From an uncultured Bacteroidales bacterium (lineage in GTDB: Bacteria; Bacteroidota; Bacteroidia; Bacteroidales; WCHB1-69), in assembly GCA_905233625.1 (NCBI GenBank), contig CAJOFJ010000004.1, positions 76,427-140,426 of the forward strand: a stretch of DNA of 64,000 nt, written 5' to 3'. How positions within the stretch are numbered: position 1 is the first letter of the stretch; each line of letters starts with the position of its first letter. The position numbers were made by a program, and so were the translations under genes. A model generated the notes under the pieces. It worked only from the letters and a program-made list of their open reading frames with translations. It was not told the DNA's origin and ran no database searches. This document shows, piece by piece, positions 8,716 through 18,023 of this stretch.

Positions 8716-9636
8716 ATGTCATCACAACCCACACAACTACCTCCCTTCTTGCAGGCAGGCGACACCATCGGCATTGTGGCTCCCGCCCGCAAAGTTTCCG
8801 AAGAGGAAATGCAACCCGCCATCCAATGGCTCACTAAAGAAGGCTTCCAAGTACTTCAGGGAGAACATCTTTATGCCGACAACAACCAGTTTGCCGGCTA
8901 TGACTCCGAACGCGCCAAGGACTTCCAGTCCATGCTCGACAACCCCGAGGTGAAAGCCATACTCTGTGCCCGTGGCGGTTACGGCTCGGTCCGCATCATC
9001 GACCGGCTCGATTTCAGTAAATTCATGCAACAACCCAAGTGGATTTGCGGTTTCAGCGATATCACAGTATTCCACTCCCATGTGCAGCGTCACTGCCACA
9101 TCGCCACCCTGCACTCCACACTGGCCATCAATATTCCCCAAAACACACCGGCTGCCAACAACAGCTTTTTATCCACTCTACGGGGCAAGCCCCTCACTTT
9201 CAGCGGCCCTTCACACCCGCTGGATCACCCTGGAGAAGCTACCGCTGAGATTATCGGGGGCAATCTTTCCATGCTGTATTCCTTGCTCGGCTCCAACTCC
9301 GACATCGACACCGAAGGAAAAATCCTCTTTATCGAAGACTTGGACGAGTATCTCTACCATATCGACCGCATGATGATGAACCTGAAACGCAATGGCAAAC
9401 TGGAAAATCTGGCCGGTTTGGTCATCGGCGCTATGTCCGACATGCATGACAACACCGTTCCTTTCGGAAAGACAGCTGAGGAAATTGTGGCAGAGCATTG
9501 TGCCAACTATAACTACCCTATCGGCTTCAGCTTCCCTGCCGGTCACATCAAAGACAACCGTGCCTTTATCCTGGGCGGGAAAGCCCGCCTTGAAGTGCAC
9601 GATACCAATAGCGTACTCACTTATAATATCCAATAA
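8716..9636 (+). CDS. ldcA: LD-carboxypeptidase (peptidase S66, muramoyltetrapeptide carboxypeptidase)
   Basis: ARGGYG and the nucleophile block GFSDIT, plus a C-terminal GH motif. Length is typical at 306 aa. Confidence 0.8.
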   Translation: MSSQPTQLPPFLQAGDTIGIVAPARKVSEEEMQPAIQWLTKEGFQVLQGEHLYADNNQFAGYDSERAKDFQSMLDNPEVKAILCARGGYGSVRIIDRLDFSKFMQQPKWICGFSDITVFHSHVQRHCHIATLHSTLAINIPQNTPAANNSFLSTLRGKPLTFSGPSHPLDHPGEATAEIIGGNLSMLYSLLGSNSDIDTEGKILFIEDLDEYLYHIDRMMMNLKRNGKLENLAGLVIGAMSDMHDNTVPFGKTAEEIVAEHCANYNYPIGFSFPAGHIKDNRAFILGGKARLEVHDTNSVLTYNIQ

Positions 9637-9647
9637 CGCTTGCCGCC

Positions 9648-10232
9648 ATGAAAAAATTCTGCCACATCATGCTGAAACTGATGGGTTATAAAATCGACAC
9701 CGTCAACATTGCCCCCGAAGCCAAGAAATGCGTGCTGGTCTTTGCCCCACACACCAGCCTCAGCGATTTCCTCATCGGCTGGATGGCCCTCAAGGACATG
9801 GGCGTGAAGACCGCTTTCGTGATGAAAAAAGAGGCTTTTTTCTTCCCCGTCAAATACATCTTCAAAGCTATGGGTGCTGTTCCCGTTGACCGGCAACATG
9901 GAGCGCACTTCCCCGAATTTGCCGCTGACCTCATCAAAAACACTGACGAGATCGCCTTCCTTATAGCTCCCGAAGGTACTCGCACACGAGTGGACAAGTG
10001 GAAGAAAGGCTTTTATAAAATTGCCCAATTGGCTGATGTTCCACTCCTTTTAGGTTATTTGGACTATCGCAGCAAACGTGGTGGTGTTGGACCAGTTGTA
10101 TATCCTTCAGGCGATTACGAAAAAGACATGGACATCATCCAGCCTTATTATTACGGCATGCACGGTCTCAAGAAAGGAAGGTTCAATCTGGAAGACAAGC
10201 CTTACGCCCATCCCGATTGGTTAGAAAAATAA
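9648..10232 (+). CDS. Lysophospholipid (1-acyl-sn-glycerol-3-phosphate-type) acyltransferase
   Basis: HxxxxD motif (HTSLSD) and an APEGTR block. Confidence 0.75.
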   Translation: MKKFCHIMLKLMGYKIDTVNIAPEAKKCVLVFAPHTSLSDFLIGWMALKDMGVKTAFVMKKEAFFFPVKYIFKAMGAVPVDRQHGAHFPEFAADLIKNTDEIAFLIAPEGTRTRVDKWKKGFYKIAQLADVPLLLGYLDYRSKRGGVGPVVYPSGDYEKDMDIIQPYYYGMHGLKKGRFNLEDKPYAHPDWLEK

Positions 10233-10236
10233 AAGT

Positions 10237-11694
10237 TTGAAAGTCATGTCAAAGTTCGAGCCCAACATACTGCTTCAGTTAGCCGAAAAATATTACCACA
10301 CGCCCTGCGCCAAAATCGAGAAAATACCGCAATCAGGTTCGGTGCGCATATACTGCCGCCTGCTTTTTGACGGAAAACCCAGCCTGATGGGCGTATATAA
10401 CGAGGATGTGGCCGAAAACCACGCCTTCTTTGCCTATACCCGCTTTTTTGGCGAGCACAGAGTGAATGTACCTCAACTGCTGAGCATACACGACAATGAA
10501 CAGTATTACCTTTTGAGCGATTTGGGCGACGAAACCTTGTACTCTTTTTTACTGCAACATCGTGATGGACAAACCCTTGCACCCGAAGTTATCGAATATT
10601 ACCAAAAAGTCATCCGTCAACTGCCATTGATTCAGATGACCGGCAAACAAGGTCTGGATTTCTCCGTGGCCTATCCCCGCCACGCTTTCGACCGGCAGTC
10701 GATGCAATGGGACCTCAACTATTTCAAATACTACTTCGTCAAACTGGCCCGCATCACCTTCGACGAGCAGAAATTGGAGAATGACTTCCAGACACTGATG
10801 GACGAGCTGCTACAATGCGACAGTGACTTCTTCCTGTACAGAGATTTCCAGTCGCGCAACATCATGATTCATGACGGAGAGGTTTATTTCATTGATTATC
10901 AAGGAGGGAGAAAAGGCTCTTACTTTTACGACATCGCCTCTTTGCTTTTTGATGGCAAAGCCGACCTGCCTTTTGAACTGAGAGAATCCTTGTTGGATTT
11001 ATATCTTTCTGAATTGCAGAAACACATCACGGTTGACACCAGCGATTTCAGAAAACACTTTTACAGTTTTGTCCTGATCCGCATTATGCAGGCCATGGGA
11101 GCTTACGGTTATCGTGGTTATTTCGAAAAGAAAAGCCACTTCCTGCAGAGTATTCCCTACGCCATGACCAACATCAATTACCTGTTGACAGGCGACAAAC
11201 TGCCCGACAGCATTCCTTATCTGAAAAGCATCCTGCAACAACTCACACGGGTGGACTGGACCTTCATGACCGGAGGCAAAGCCCCGGCCAAAGACGATCA
11301 CCGCCTTCATGTGCTGGTGCAAAGCTTTTCTTTCAAGAAAGGCGTGCCGCAAGACCCCAGCGAAAATGGAGGAGGCTTTGTCTTCGACTGCCGCTGTCTG
11401 CCCAACCCGGGTCGCGAGCCGCAATACCGCAGTTTTTCGGGCAAAGATGCCTGTGTGAAAGAATATCTGGAACGCTATGAGGAAGTGGACCGCTTCAAAC
11501 AGCAGGTTCACAGTATCATCGACATGGCGGTGGACAATTATATTGAGCGAGGTTTCAACCACCTGATGGTCAGTTTTGGTTGCACAGGAGGCCAACACCG
11601 CTCGGCTTACTTTGCCGAATGCGCCGCAGCCCATCTCCGTGCCAAATACCCTGACGTGCTGGTGACTCTGCGACATAGGGACTGCCCGTGTTAA
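10237..11694 (+). CDS. Fusion protein: AmgK/APH-like sugar kinase domain plus RapZ C-terminal domain
   Basis: The N-terminal ~330 aa has an APH fold (GSVRIYCRL, LSDLGDETL, RDFQSRNIMI, IDYQGG). The C-terminal ~130 aa aligns by eye to E. coli RapZ residues ~160-280: SFSFKKGVP/SFGFKHGIP, VFDCRCLPNP/VFDVRFLPNP, FGCTGGQHRS/IGCTGGKHRS. Confidence 0.75.
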   Translation: MKVMSKFEPNILLQLAEKYYHTPCAKIEKIPQSGSVRIYCRLLFDGKPSLMGVYNEDVAENHAFFAYTRFFGEHRVNVPQLLSIHDNEQYYLLSDLGDETLYSFLLQHRDGQTLAPEVIEYYQKVIRQLPLIQMTGKQGLDFSVAYPRHAFDRQSMQWDLNYFKYYFVKLARITFDEQKLENDFQTLMDELLQCDSDFFLYRDFQSRNIMIHDGEVYFIDYQGGRKGSYFYDIASLLFDGKADLPFELRESLLDLYLSELQKHITVDTSDFRKHFYSFVLIRIMQAMGAYGYRGYFEKKSHFLQSIPYAMTNINYLLTGDKLPDSIPYLKSILQQLTRVDWTFMTGGKAPAKDDHRLHVLVQSFSFKKGVPQDPSENGGGFVFDCRCLPNPGREPQYRSFSGKDACVKEYLERYEEVDRFKQQVHSIIDMAVDNYIERGFNHLMVSFGCTGGQHRSAYFAECAAAHLRAKYPDVLVTLRHRDCPC

Positions 11695-11826
11695 TATTTG
11701 CAAATGATATTAAAACCCTAATGGGATAAATGAATTTTGAAAATTCTAATTCTATTGATATTGAACCCTCTACGAGGGTATGGAAATCAATTTTTATGCA
11801 GTTGTGCGTATTTCAGGAAAAATGCG

Positions 11827-11834
11827 TATTTTTG
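11827..11834 (+). promoter_or_regulatory. -7 promoter box (TATTTTTG) for tRNA-Ala
   Basis: TAnnTTTG match 25 nt upstream of the tRNA 5' end. Confidence 0.5.
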
Positions 11835-11858
11835 CAGCCTCATTTTTGAGCCGAAAAC

Positions 11859-11931
11859 GGGGCATTAGCTCATCTGGTAGAGCGTTTCGTTCGCAACGAA
11901 AAGGTAGGCGGTTCGAGTCCGCTATGCTCCA
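11859..11931 (+). tRNA. tRNA-Ala (anticodon CGC)
   Basis: Hand-folded cloverleaf. The acceptor stem GGGGCAT/ATGCTCC has the G3:U70 alanine identity pair. The anticodon loop is TTCGCAA and the T-loop is GGTTCGAGTCC. Confidence 0.9.
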
Positions 11932-11963
11932 CAAAAAAGCGTGGTTAAAATTTTACACAAAGA

Positions 11964-13397
11964 TTAAATTTCCACACACTCCAAAATACCATTCCGGTTC
12001 ATCATCAACCGGAAACAATGGTATTCCATCATTTCCCCTACCACACATTGCAACACCACATGGATATTATATACCCGCGGTATCTCCATGGTGGTCAGTT
12101 CGCCATCTTTACCCAGCATGGACACATTAGCTTCCGGATCATCCATCTTGCCTGTAAAATATTGCAGATGAAGACGGGTGATATCGTTGATACCATCGTA
12201 GCGGTATTCATAGCTTTGGCGTAAAGCTTCCTCGTCAACCTTCACCTGTTTGCGATATAAGACAATCTGTTCCAGCGAAATACGGTTCTCTAAATCAGAG
12301 CGTCTGCGCACCCGCAAGACCTCGTCGGGGGTTTTCTTATCGTCGATAAAATCCACACCTTCCTTTATGTGTACCACCTCTTTACCCCGGAAGAAAATCT
12401 TGTTCTTCAGGTCGAAGAAGCGTGATTTCAGTCGATACGCAAAGCGGCGGCGGGCATATTCTTTGATACGATCCTTGAACATATAAGCCACCACCAAAAT
12501 GATGAAAATGAGCACCGGATATTGTCCCAGATATTTCTGGAATGGCAACGCGATCAGCATGGAAACCAGCATAGCGAGACCCGCGGCAAAACTCAAAGTG
12601 ATTTCCTGGGCGGCCATGCCATCGGGCTGCGAGTCGGTTTTCAGGTACAGCGCGCTTTCAATGTATTTTTTTAACATATTCTGATGCTGAAACATATCAC
12701 GACTCTCCGCCACATTGTTCGCTGCAAAATGAGCATATTCCTGATCGATCTTATACTGATGTTCTTCTGATATCAATTTCTTGATATCCAATACAATATC
12801 TTCAATTCCATCCACAGAAATCGTGATAGCGGAACGCAGCAGGCGAACGGCATATAATTCAGTTAGATGACTCAAATATTCATCGCCATACTGGAATATC
12901 GACGCGATATCCGAAGAATTCTCAGAATTGTTCCGCATGATCTCCCTATAATGCCTTACCACCCGCCGCATGGCAGCCAGATGCGCTTTCCAACGGTCGG
13001 GATTGAAGTCATTCTTTTGGAGCGTTTTGGTCTCATCACGCAGGGCGCTTTTGTATATCGCCACATACATTTTGATGTGAAATTCCAAATCTTGAAAACC
13101 TGCAGGAGACGGAACCGAAGTGTATTTCTGCACCGCTGCATTGAGATATCGCACCGTGGTTGCCTCCGCATCAGCCAACTGCTGCAAAGAGAACTGCGGG
13201 GTTTTCAGTCGCACATTCGACTTCACATCCCGGTAAAACTGCTCCTTAGAATAGGTGGAAGCATTGATATTAAGGCTATTAGGAACGAATACCCACGAAT
13301 TCATCTTGAACAACTGATGCTGTTGCTCCTTATCTGTGAAATTAATCTTGAACTCCACAGAAAAACGGTCGTGTATGGAGGTCTGTACCTGTATCAT
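11964..13397 (-). CDS. Hypothetical membrane protein (two adjacent TM helices in the C-terminal third)
   Basis: 477-aa ORF. The TM pair is LSFAAGLAMLVSMLIALPF / VLIFIILVVAYMF. No family is recognised. It is the last gene of the lptF-GT4-dxs co-directional string. Confidence 0.55.
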   Translation of the reverse strand: MIQVQTSIHDRFSVEFKINFTDKEQQHQLFKMNSWVFVPNSLNINASTYSKEQFYRDVKSNVRLKTPQFSLQQLADAEATTVRYLNAAVQKYTSVPSPAGFQDLEFHIKMYVAIYKSALRDETKTLQKNDFNPDRWKAHLAAMRRVVRHYREIMRNNSENSSDIASIFQYGDEYLSHLTELYAVRLLRSAITISVDGIEDIVLDIKKLISEEHQYKIDQEYAHFAANNVAESRDMFQHQNMLKKYIESALYLKTDSQPDGMAAQEITLSFAAGLAMLVSMLIALPFQKYLGQYPVLIFIILVVAYMFKDRIKEYARRRFAYRLKSRFFDLKNKIFFRGKEVVHIKEGVDFIDDKKTPDEVLRVRRRSDLENRISLEQIVLYRKQVKVDEEALRQSYEYRYDGINDITRLHLQYFTGKMDDPEANVSMLGKDGELTTMEIPRVYNIHVVLQCVVGEMMEYHCFRLMMNRNGILECVEI

Positions 13398-13420
13398 AGC
13401 CTAAAATTACTGTTGTGGAA

Positions 13421-15313
13421 CTATGCCAAACTGTCTTTTATCACTTTCGCAATATTCTCGGCATCGAAACCCAGCTCTTTGTACAACGAAGAGATGTCTC
13501 CGTGGGGAACAAAGCGGTCGTCAATGGCAATGTGATACAAACGGTTATCCAGTTGATGCTCACTTAAGTACTCTGAAACCGCTGAAAACAAACCACCCTT
13601 AGCCACGCCATCCTCAATGGTAATCAGCACTTGATGACGGGCGGCAATATCAGCCAACAACGCCTCGTCCATAGGTTTCAGAAAGCGCATATCCACATGG
13701 GTAGGATTGATATTTTCGGTCTTCAACAATTCGATGGCCGCAGTCACATGATTACCCAAAGGTCCCAAAGAAAGTACTGCCACCTCGCTTCCCTCGTGCA
13801 GGACACGACCCTTGCCTATTTCCAGGCGTTCAGGCATATTTTTCCAATCCACAAGCACACCCCTGCCCCTGGGGTATCGGACAGCGAAGGGCAGGCCTTT
13901 TTCGCGGGCATTCTGCCATGCCGTGAACATCATATTGCGCAGTTCGTGTTCATTGAGTGGTGAGGCGATAATCATATTCGGAATGGAACGCAAAAAAGCC
14001 AAATCGAATATGCCCTGATGAGTAGCGCCATCCTCGCCAACCACACCGCCACGGTCAATGCAGAAAATGACCGGCAACTTCTGCAAGGCCACATCATGTA
14101 CAATCTGATCGTAAGAACGTTGCAGAAACGTGGAATAGACATTACAGAATGGAATCATGCCGCCCACCGCTAATCCTGCTGAGAATGTCACAGCGTGTTG
14201 CTCGGCAATGCCCACGTCAAACACCCTGTCAGGATACACAGCATCCATGATAGTCAGAGAGCAGCCCGTAGCCATGGCAGGTGTAATACCCACCACCTTC
14301 TCATCCTGTCGGGCAAACTCCAATATAGTTTCCCCGAATACATCCTGGAATTTCGGAGGCTGGTTGTTGCTGTCACTTTTAATCAGCTGTCCTGTTTCAG
14401 GATCGAATTTGCCTGGTGCATGGTAGGTAGTCTGATGTTCCTCTGCCAATTTGAGACCCTTGCCTTTCACGGTAATCACATGCAACAACTTGGGTCCCGG
14501 AATAGACTTCAAGTCACGCAAAGTCTTCACCAAAGCTTTTACATCATGTCCATTAGTAGGACCAAAATAACGAAAACCGAGACTTTGGAAAAGATTGCTA
14601 CCGCTAAGTAAAAATCCCTTTATGCCGTTTCCTATATTACTGATCCACTGTGCTATACGGTTGGAAAATTTTCTCTTGGAAGTGAAAAAATTCCAAACCT
14701 TGGTTTTGAAATTATTATAACCTGGCGACGAAGTGATATGAAGCAAATACTTGCTCATGGCGCTACGGTTGTCGTCAATCGCCATCTTGTTATCGTTCAG
14801 GATCACCAGCATATTCACATTTCTGATGCCGGCTTCATTGATAGCCTCGAATGCCATACCGCCGCCAATAGAAGCATCTCCAATGACAGCAATATGACTG
14901 CGTTCCGTGTCACCCGCCAGCTGGGCAGCCTGCGCCATACCCAAAATCGCCGAAATGGATGTGGAAGCGTGTCCCGTGCCAAACGCATCGTATTCGCTTT
15001 CACTCATCATTGGGAAGCCGCTAATTCCATGATACTTACGATTGGTATGGAATTGCTCCCTTCTTCCTGTTACAATCTTATGGGCGTATGCCTGATGTCC
15101 CACATCCCACACCAGCTTATCGTTTGGAGTATCAAACACATAGTGAATCGCCACTGTCAATTCCACCACACCTAAGCTTGATCCAAGATGTCCAGGATTT
15201 GAAGCAGTTTCGGAAATAATATATTCCCGTAACTCCTCACATAAATGTGGGAGTTCCTCCACTTTCAGCTTCTTCAAATCCGCTGGCGAATTGATAGTGT
15301 TAAGATAATTCAT
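13421..15313 (-). CDS. dxs: 1-deoxy-D-xylulose-5-phosphate synthase
   Basis: 630 aa, with an N-terminal LLxxIxxPxDLK-type start, the GHxxTS block (GHASTSISA), and the TPP motif GDASIGGGMAFEA. Confidence 0.95.
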   Translation of the reverse strand: MNYLNTINSPADLKKLKVEELPHLCEELREYIISETASNPGHLGSSLGVVELTVAIHYVFDTPNDKLVWDVGHQAYAHKIVTGRREQFHTNRKYHGISGFPMMSESEYDAFGTGHASTSISAILGMAQAAQLAGDTERSHIAVIGDASIGGGMAFEAINEAGIRNVNMLVILNDNKMAIDDNRSAMSKYLLHITSSPGYNNFKTKVWNFFTSKRKFSNRIAQWISNIGNGIKGFLLSGSNLFQSLGFRYFGPTNGHDVKALVKTLRDLKSIPGPKLLHVITVKGKGLKLAEEHQTTYHAPGKFDPETGQLIKSDSNNQPPKFQDVFGETILEFARQDEKVVGITPAMATGCSLTIMDAVYPDRVFDVGIAEQHAVTFSAGLAVGGMIPFCNVYSTFLQRSYDQIVHDVALQKLPVIFCIDRGGVVGEDGATHQGIFDLAFLRSIPNMIIASPLNEHELRNMMFTAWQNAREKGLPFAVRYPRGRGVLVDWKNMPERLEIGKGRVLHEGSEVAVLSLGPLGNHVTAAIELLKTENINPTHVDMRFLKPMDEALLADIAARHQVLITIEDGVAKGGLFSAVSEYLSEHQLDNRLYHIAIDDRFVPHGDISSLYKELGFDAENIAKVIKDSLA

Positions 15314-16502
15314 GATAAAAATCTATCAATTCTTGGGTTACCACTTCGTTATTATGATTCAATGCCACATAATGGCGAGCGTTTTCACCGATTATAGTAC
15401 AAATATCAGGAGTTTTGATACACTTTTCTATCACTGCGACAAACTCTTCCGCCGTATCCGCAATGAAAATATTCTTCCCATTCTCCACATTCAAGCCTTC
15501 AGCTCCGATCGAAGTGGTAATAATTGTTTTCCCCAATGCCATGCCTTCAATAATTTTGATTCTGATCCCGCTTCCTGAAAGCAGAGGCACAATCATAATA
15601 TCTTTGGAAAGCATGAATTCATTGGCACTTTCCACTTCGCCTGCAATTATCACATGGTCGGAGGCAAAGCGCTGCAATGACTCGGGGATACTCCGCCCTG
15701 CCATCGTAAACGTGAGTGCCGGAAATTTTTCCAACATTGCAGGGAACACCTCTTCCAGAAACCACTCCAGTCCTTCCACATTAGGCATCCAGTTCATGCT
15801 GCCGATATGGAACAATTCCGGCTGGTCAGAAGGGATATATTCATCTTCTGTTTCATAATTGTCCATGTCCAGTGCAAAGGGAATCACTGTCCCCGGAGTG
15901 TCAGGAGATAAACTATGAAAGAAATTATAATCCACCTCTGAGATAGCCATATAGCCATCCACCTGACCCATCAGGGAACATTCGTAGCGTTTCAGCTGGC
16001 GGTTCATTTGCTTCAGCATAAATTTTTTGAACCATGAATAATGGTTCCGGGCTATACGTTCCCAAATAATATGCTCCACATTATGCAGCCTTAATACAAT
16101 TTTTGCCTTAGAATACTTACGGATCACAGGAATGTATGGTGCCACAAAAATAGATTCCAACTGAATAATGTCAAAGTGTCCATTTTGTAACACATTGATT
16201 AGCCTTTGCACCATTTCCTTTGAGTAGAAACGATAAACATGATATGATTTCCTGCTCAACAACGAAAGCAATGCGTCTATACTTTTCACATTCGTGTCCA
16301 CAAAAACCGTCTCAAACTGCGTCTTCTCCACATAATCGGCAGGTAGTGATTCTATACGGCAAGGGTGTTTATGTGTTGCCAGCGATAGCAACTTCACTTC
16401 GTGACCGCTATTCAGCAGACCTTGGGTGATGTTATTTATCGCGATGCAACCACCATCAACGGGAGGCATAGGCGGTTTATGGCACAATTGCAATACCCTC
16501 AT
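15300..16502 (-). CDS. Glycosyltransferase family 4 (GT-B fold)
   Basis: 400 aa with N-terminal PPVDGG and a C-terminal E-x7-E-like region (IIEGMALGK). It overlaps the dxs start by 14 nt. Confidence 0.75.
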   Translation of the reverse strand: MRVLQLCHKPPMPPVDGGCIAINNITQGLLNSGHEVKLLSLATHKHPCRIESLPADYVEKTQFETVFVDTNVKSIDALLSLLSRKSYHVYRFYSKEMVQRLINVLQNGHFDIIQLESIFVAPYIPVIRKYSKAKIVLRLHNVEHIIWERIARNHYSWFKKFMLKQMNRQLKRYECSLMGQVDGYMAISEVDYNFFHSLSPDTPGTVIPFALDMDNYETEDEYIPSDQPELFHIGSMNWMPNVEGLEWFLEEVFPAMLEKFPALTFTMAGRSIPESLQRFASDHVIIAGEVESANEFMLSKDIMIVPLLSGSGIRIKIIEGMALGKTIITTSIGAEGLNVENGKNIFIADTAEEFVAVIEKCIKTPDICTIIGENARHYVALNHNNEVVTQELIDFYHELS

Positions 16503-17938
16503 TATTTTTTAACTTTTATAATTGATTGTAGTTTAGTTATTATCTTTTTGAAGAATTTCTCGTATGTTTCAATAGACATCACACTGGAGTCCACCGTTGC
16601 CTTGTAGGTAAGAAAAATACATATCGGTATCAGTACCAAAGAAGACATCCATACGCCTGCGAAAGCCGACACCTGTCCTGTTGATGCCAAGTTTTTCCCG
16701 ATGGCAGTGAGCATAAAATAAAACGTAAAGAACGCCACAGTAATCACCAAAGGAATACCGATTCCTCCTTTTCTGATGATGGAACCTAACGGGGCACCAA
16801 TAAAGAAGAACAGCAGACATGCCAACGAAAAAGTGAATTTATTATGATACTCCACCTGATAAGAATGCAAGGAAAGGTTCTTGTAAAAAACATCTTGCTT
16901 GGCAAATTTTACAGTGTTAGCCACTGATTCCGCGTTCATACGAGTGTAATTGTAGATTTCTTCCCGTTTTATCGAACTCATTGGTGACAAAGGATCCTCC
17001 TGCATCATCGGTTTCAATTCCTCTTTGTCAACAACAAAATGAGAAAAATAGTAGAAGCTATTCAGAAATCCCTGATAGACCTCTTTTTCGGCATTATCCA
17101 CCATAATCTTCATTGTATCAATCTTTTCAGAAAGAACCGACAAAGGCATAGCCTGTTGAGAAGAAGCAAAAAATTCCTCGTCATTCTCTTTCAAAGCAAA
17201 AGAAGACAGGTCAAAGCGTTTATACTGTTCTTTGAAAGTTGCCCGATTCAACGGCATTGAAGCGCTACGGCTTTCCATATTCACGCTCTCGTCCCAGAAA
17301 AAACCGTCATTCAATACAAACAAAAGATACTTGCCATCGTCCGTCATTTTCATTGTCCCCGATTTGGCATAAGTCATGGTCACATTTCCCTGATGACGAG
17401 AATGGTCGTAAATCAGCACATCCTCGATAGTAGCGTTGTCTGATTTCTTATGACCTATACGGATGGTTATATCATCGAAGCCATTATAAAAAACGCCACT
17501 TTCGATGTTAAGGGCCGGTTTCTGCTCCTGCACGTTATAAATCAGCGTTCGCAATTTGAGATTTGCTTGGGGAATAACCTTATCGGCATACCAAAAAGCA
17601 AAGAGTGTAAGCAATATGGACATGATTGCCAAAGGGGCCATCATTTTACTGATGGAAATACCTGCTGATTTCATCGCCACCACTTCCAGACGTTCCCCCA
17701 TATTGCCAAAGGTCATCAAAGATGCCAATAGAATAGAAAGGGGAAGGGCCATATTCATCAAAGACCCTGCCGCATAGAACATGAATTTCAAAAGAATATG
17801 GATTTCCAAACCTTTTCCGACCAAATCATCCACATATTTCCACAAAAATTGCATCAAAAGGATAAAAATGGCCACGAAAAAAGTGAGGACTAAAGGTCCG
17901 ACAAAATTTTTGATAATATAGCGATAAGCAATCTTCAT
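16502..17938 (-). CDS. LptF/LptG-family permease (YjgP/YjgQ)
   Basis: 478 aa. Three N-terminal TM helices are followed by a large periplasmic insert and three C-terminal TM helices, as in LptF/G. Confidence 0.7.
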   Translation of the reverse strand: MKIAYRYIIKNFVGPLVLTFFVAIFILLMQFLWKYVDDLVGKGLEIHILLKFMFYAAGSLMNMALPLSILLASLMTFGNMGERLEVVAMKSAGISISKMMAPLAIMSILLTLFAFWYADKVIPQANLKLRTLIYNVQEQKPALNIESGVFYNGFDDITIRIGHKKSDNATIEDVLIYDHSRHQGNVTMTYAKSGTMKMTDDGKYLLFVLNDGFFWDESVNMESRSASMPLNRATFKEQYKRFDLSSFALKENDEEFFASSQQAMPLSVLSEKIDTMKIMVDNAEKEVYQGFLNSFYYFSHFVVDKEELKPMMQEDPLSPMSSIKREEIYNYTRMNAESVANTVKFAKQDVFYKNLSLHSYQVEYHNKFTFSLACLLFFFIGAPLGSIIRKGGIGIPLVITVAFFTFYFMLTAIGKNLASTGQVSAFAGVWMSSLVLIPICIFLTYKATVDSSVMSIETYEKFFKKIITKLQSIIKVKK

Positions 17939-17943
17939 GATTT

Positions 17944-18022
17944 AAACTAAGAATTAAGAATTAAGAGTTAAGAATTATCATGGTCTGATGGTTCTTAGTT
18001 TTTAGTTCTTAGTTTTTAATTT
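17944..18022. repeat. Heptad-repeat (GAATTAA-type) inverted array forming a ~36-bp hairpin
   Basis: Hand-folded: 17944-17979 pairs with 17987-18022, leaving a 7-nt loop. It fills the tkt-lptF spacer. Confidence 0.8.
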
Positions 18023-18023
18023 T

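Noticed and set aside
11780-12130. 116-aa ORF spanning the tRNA-Ala region
   Set aside because: It reads straight through a canonical tRNA-Ala and into the 3' end of the convergent gene. It is not coding.
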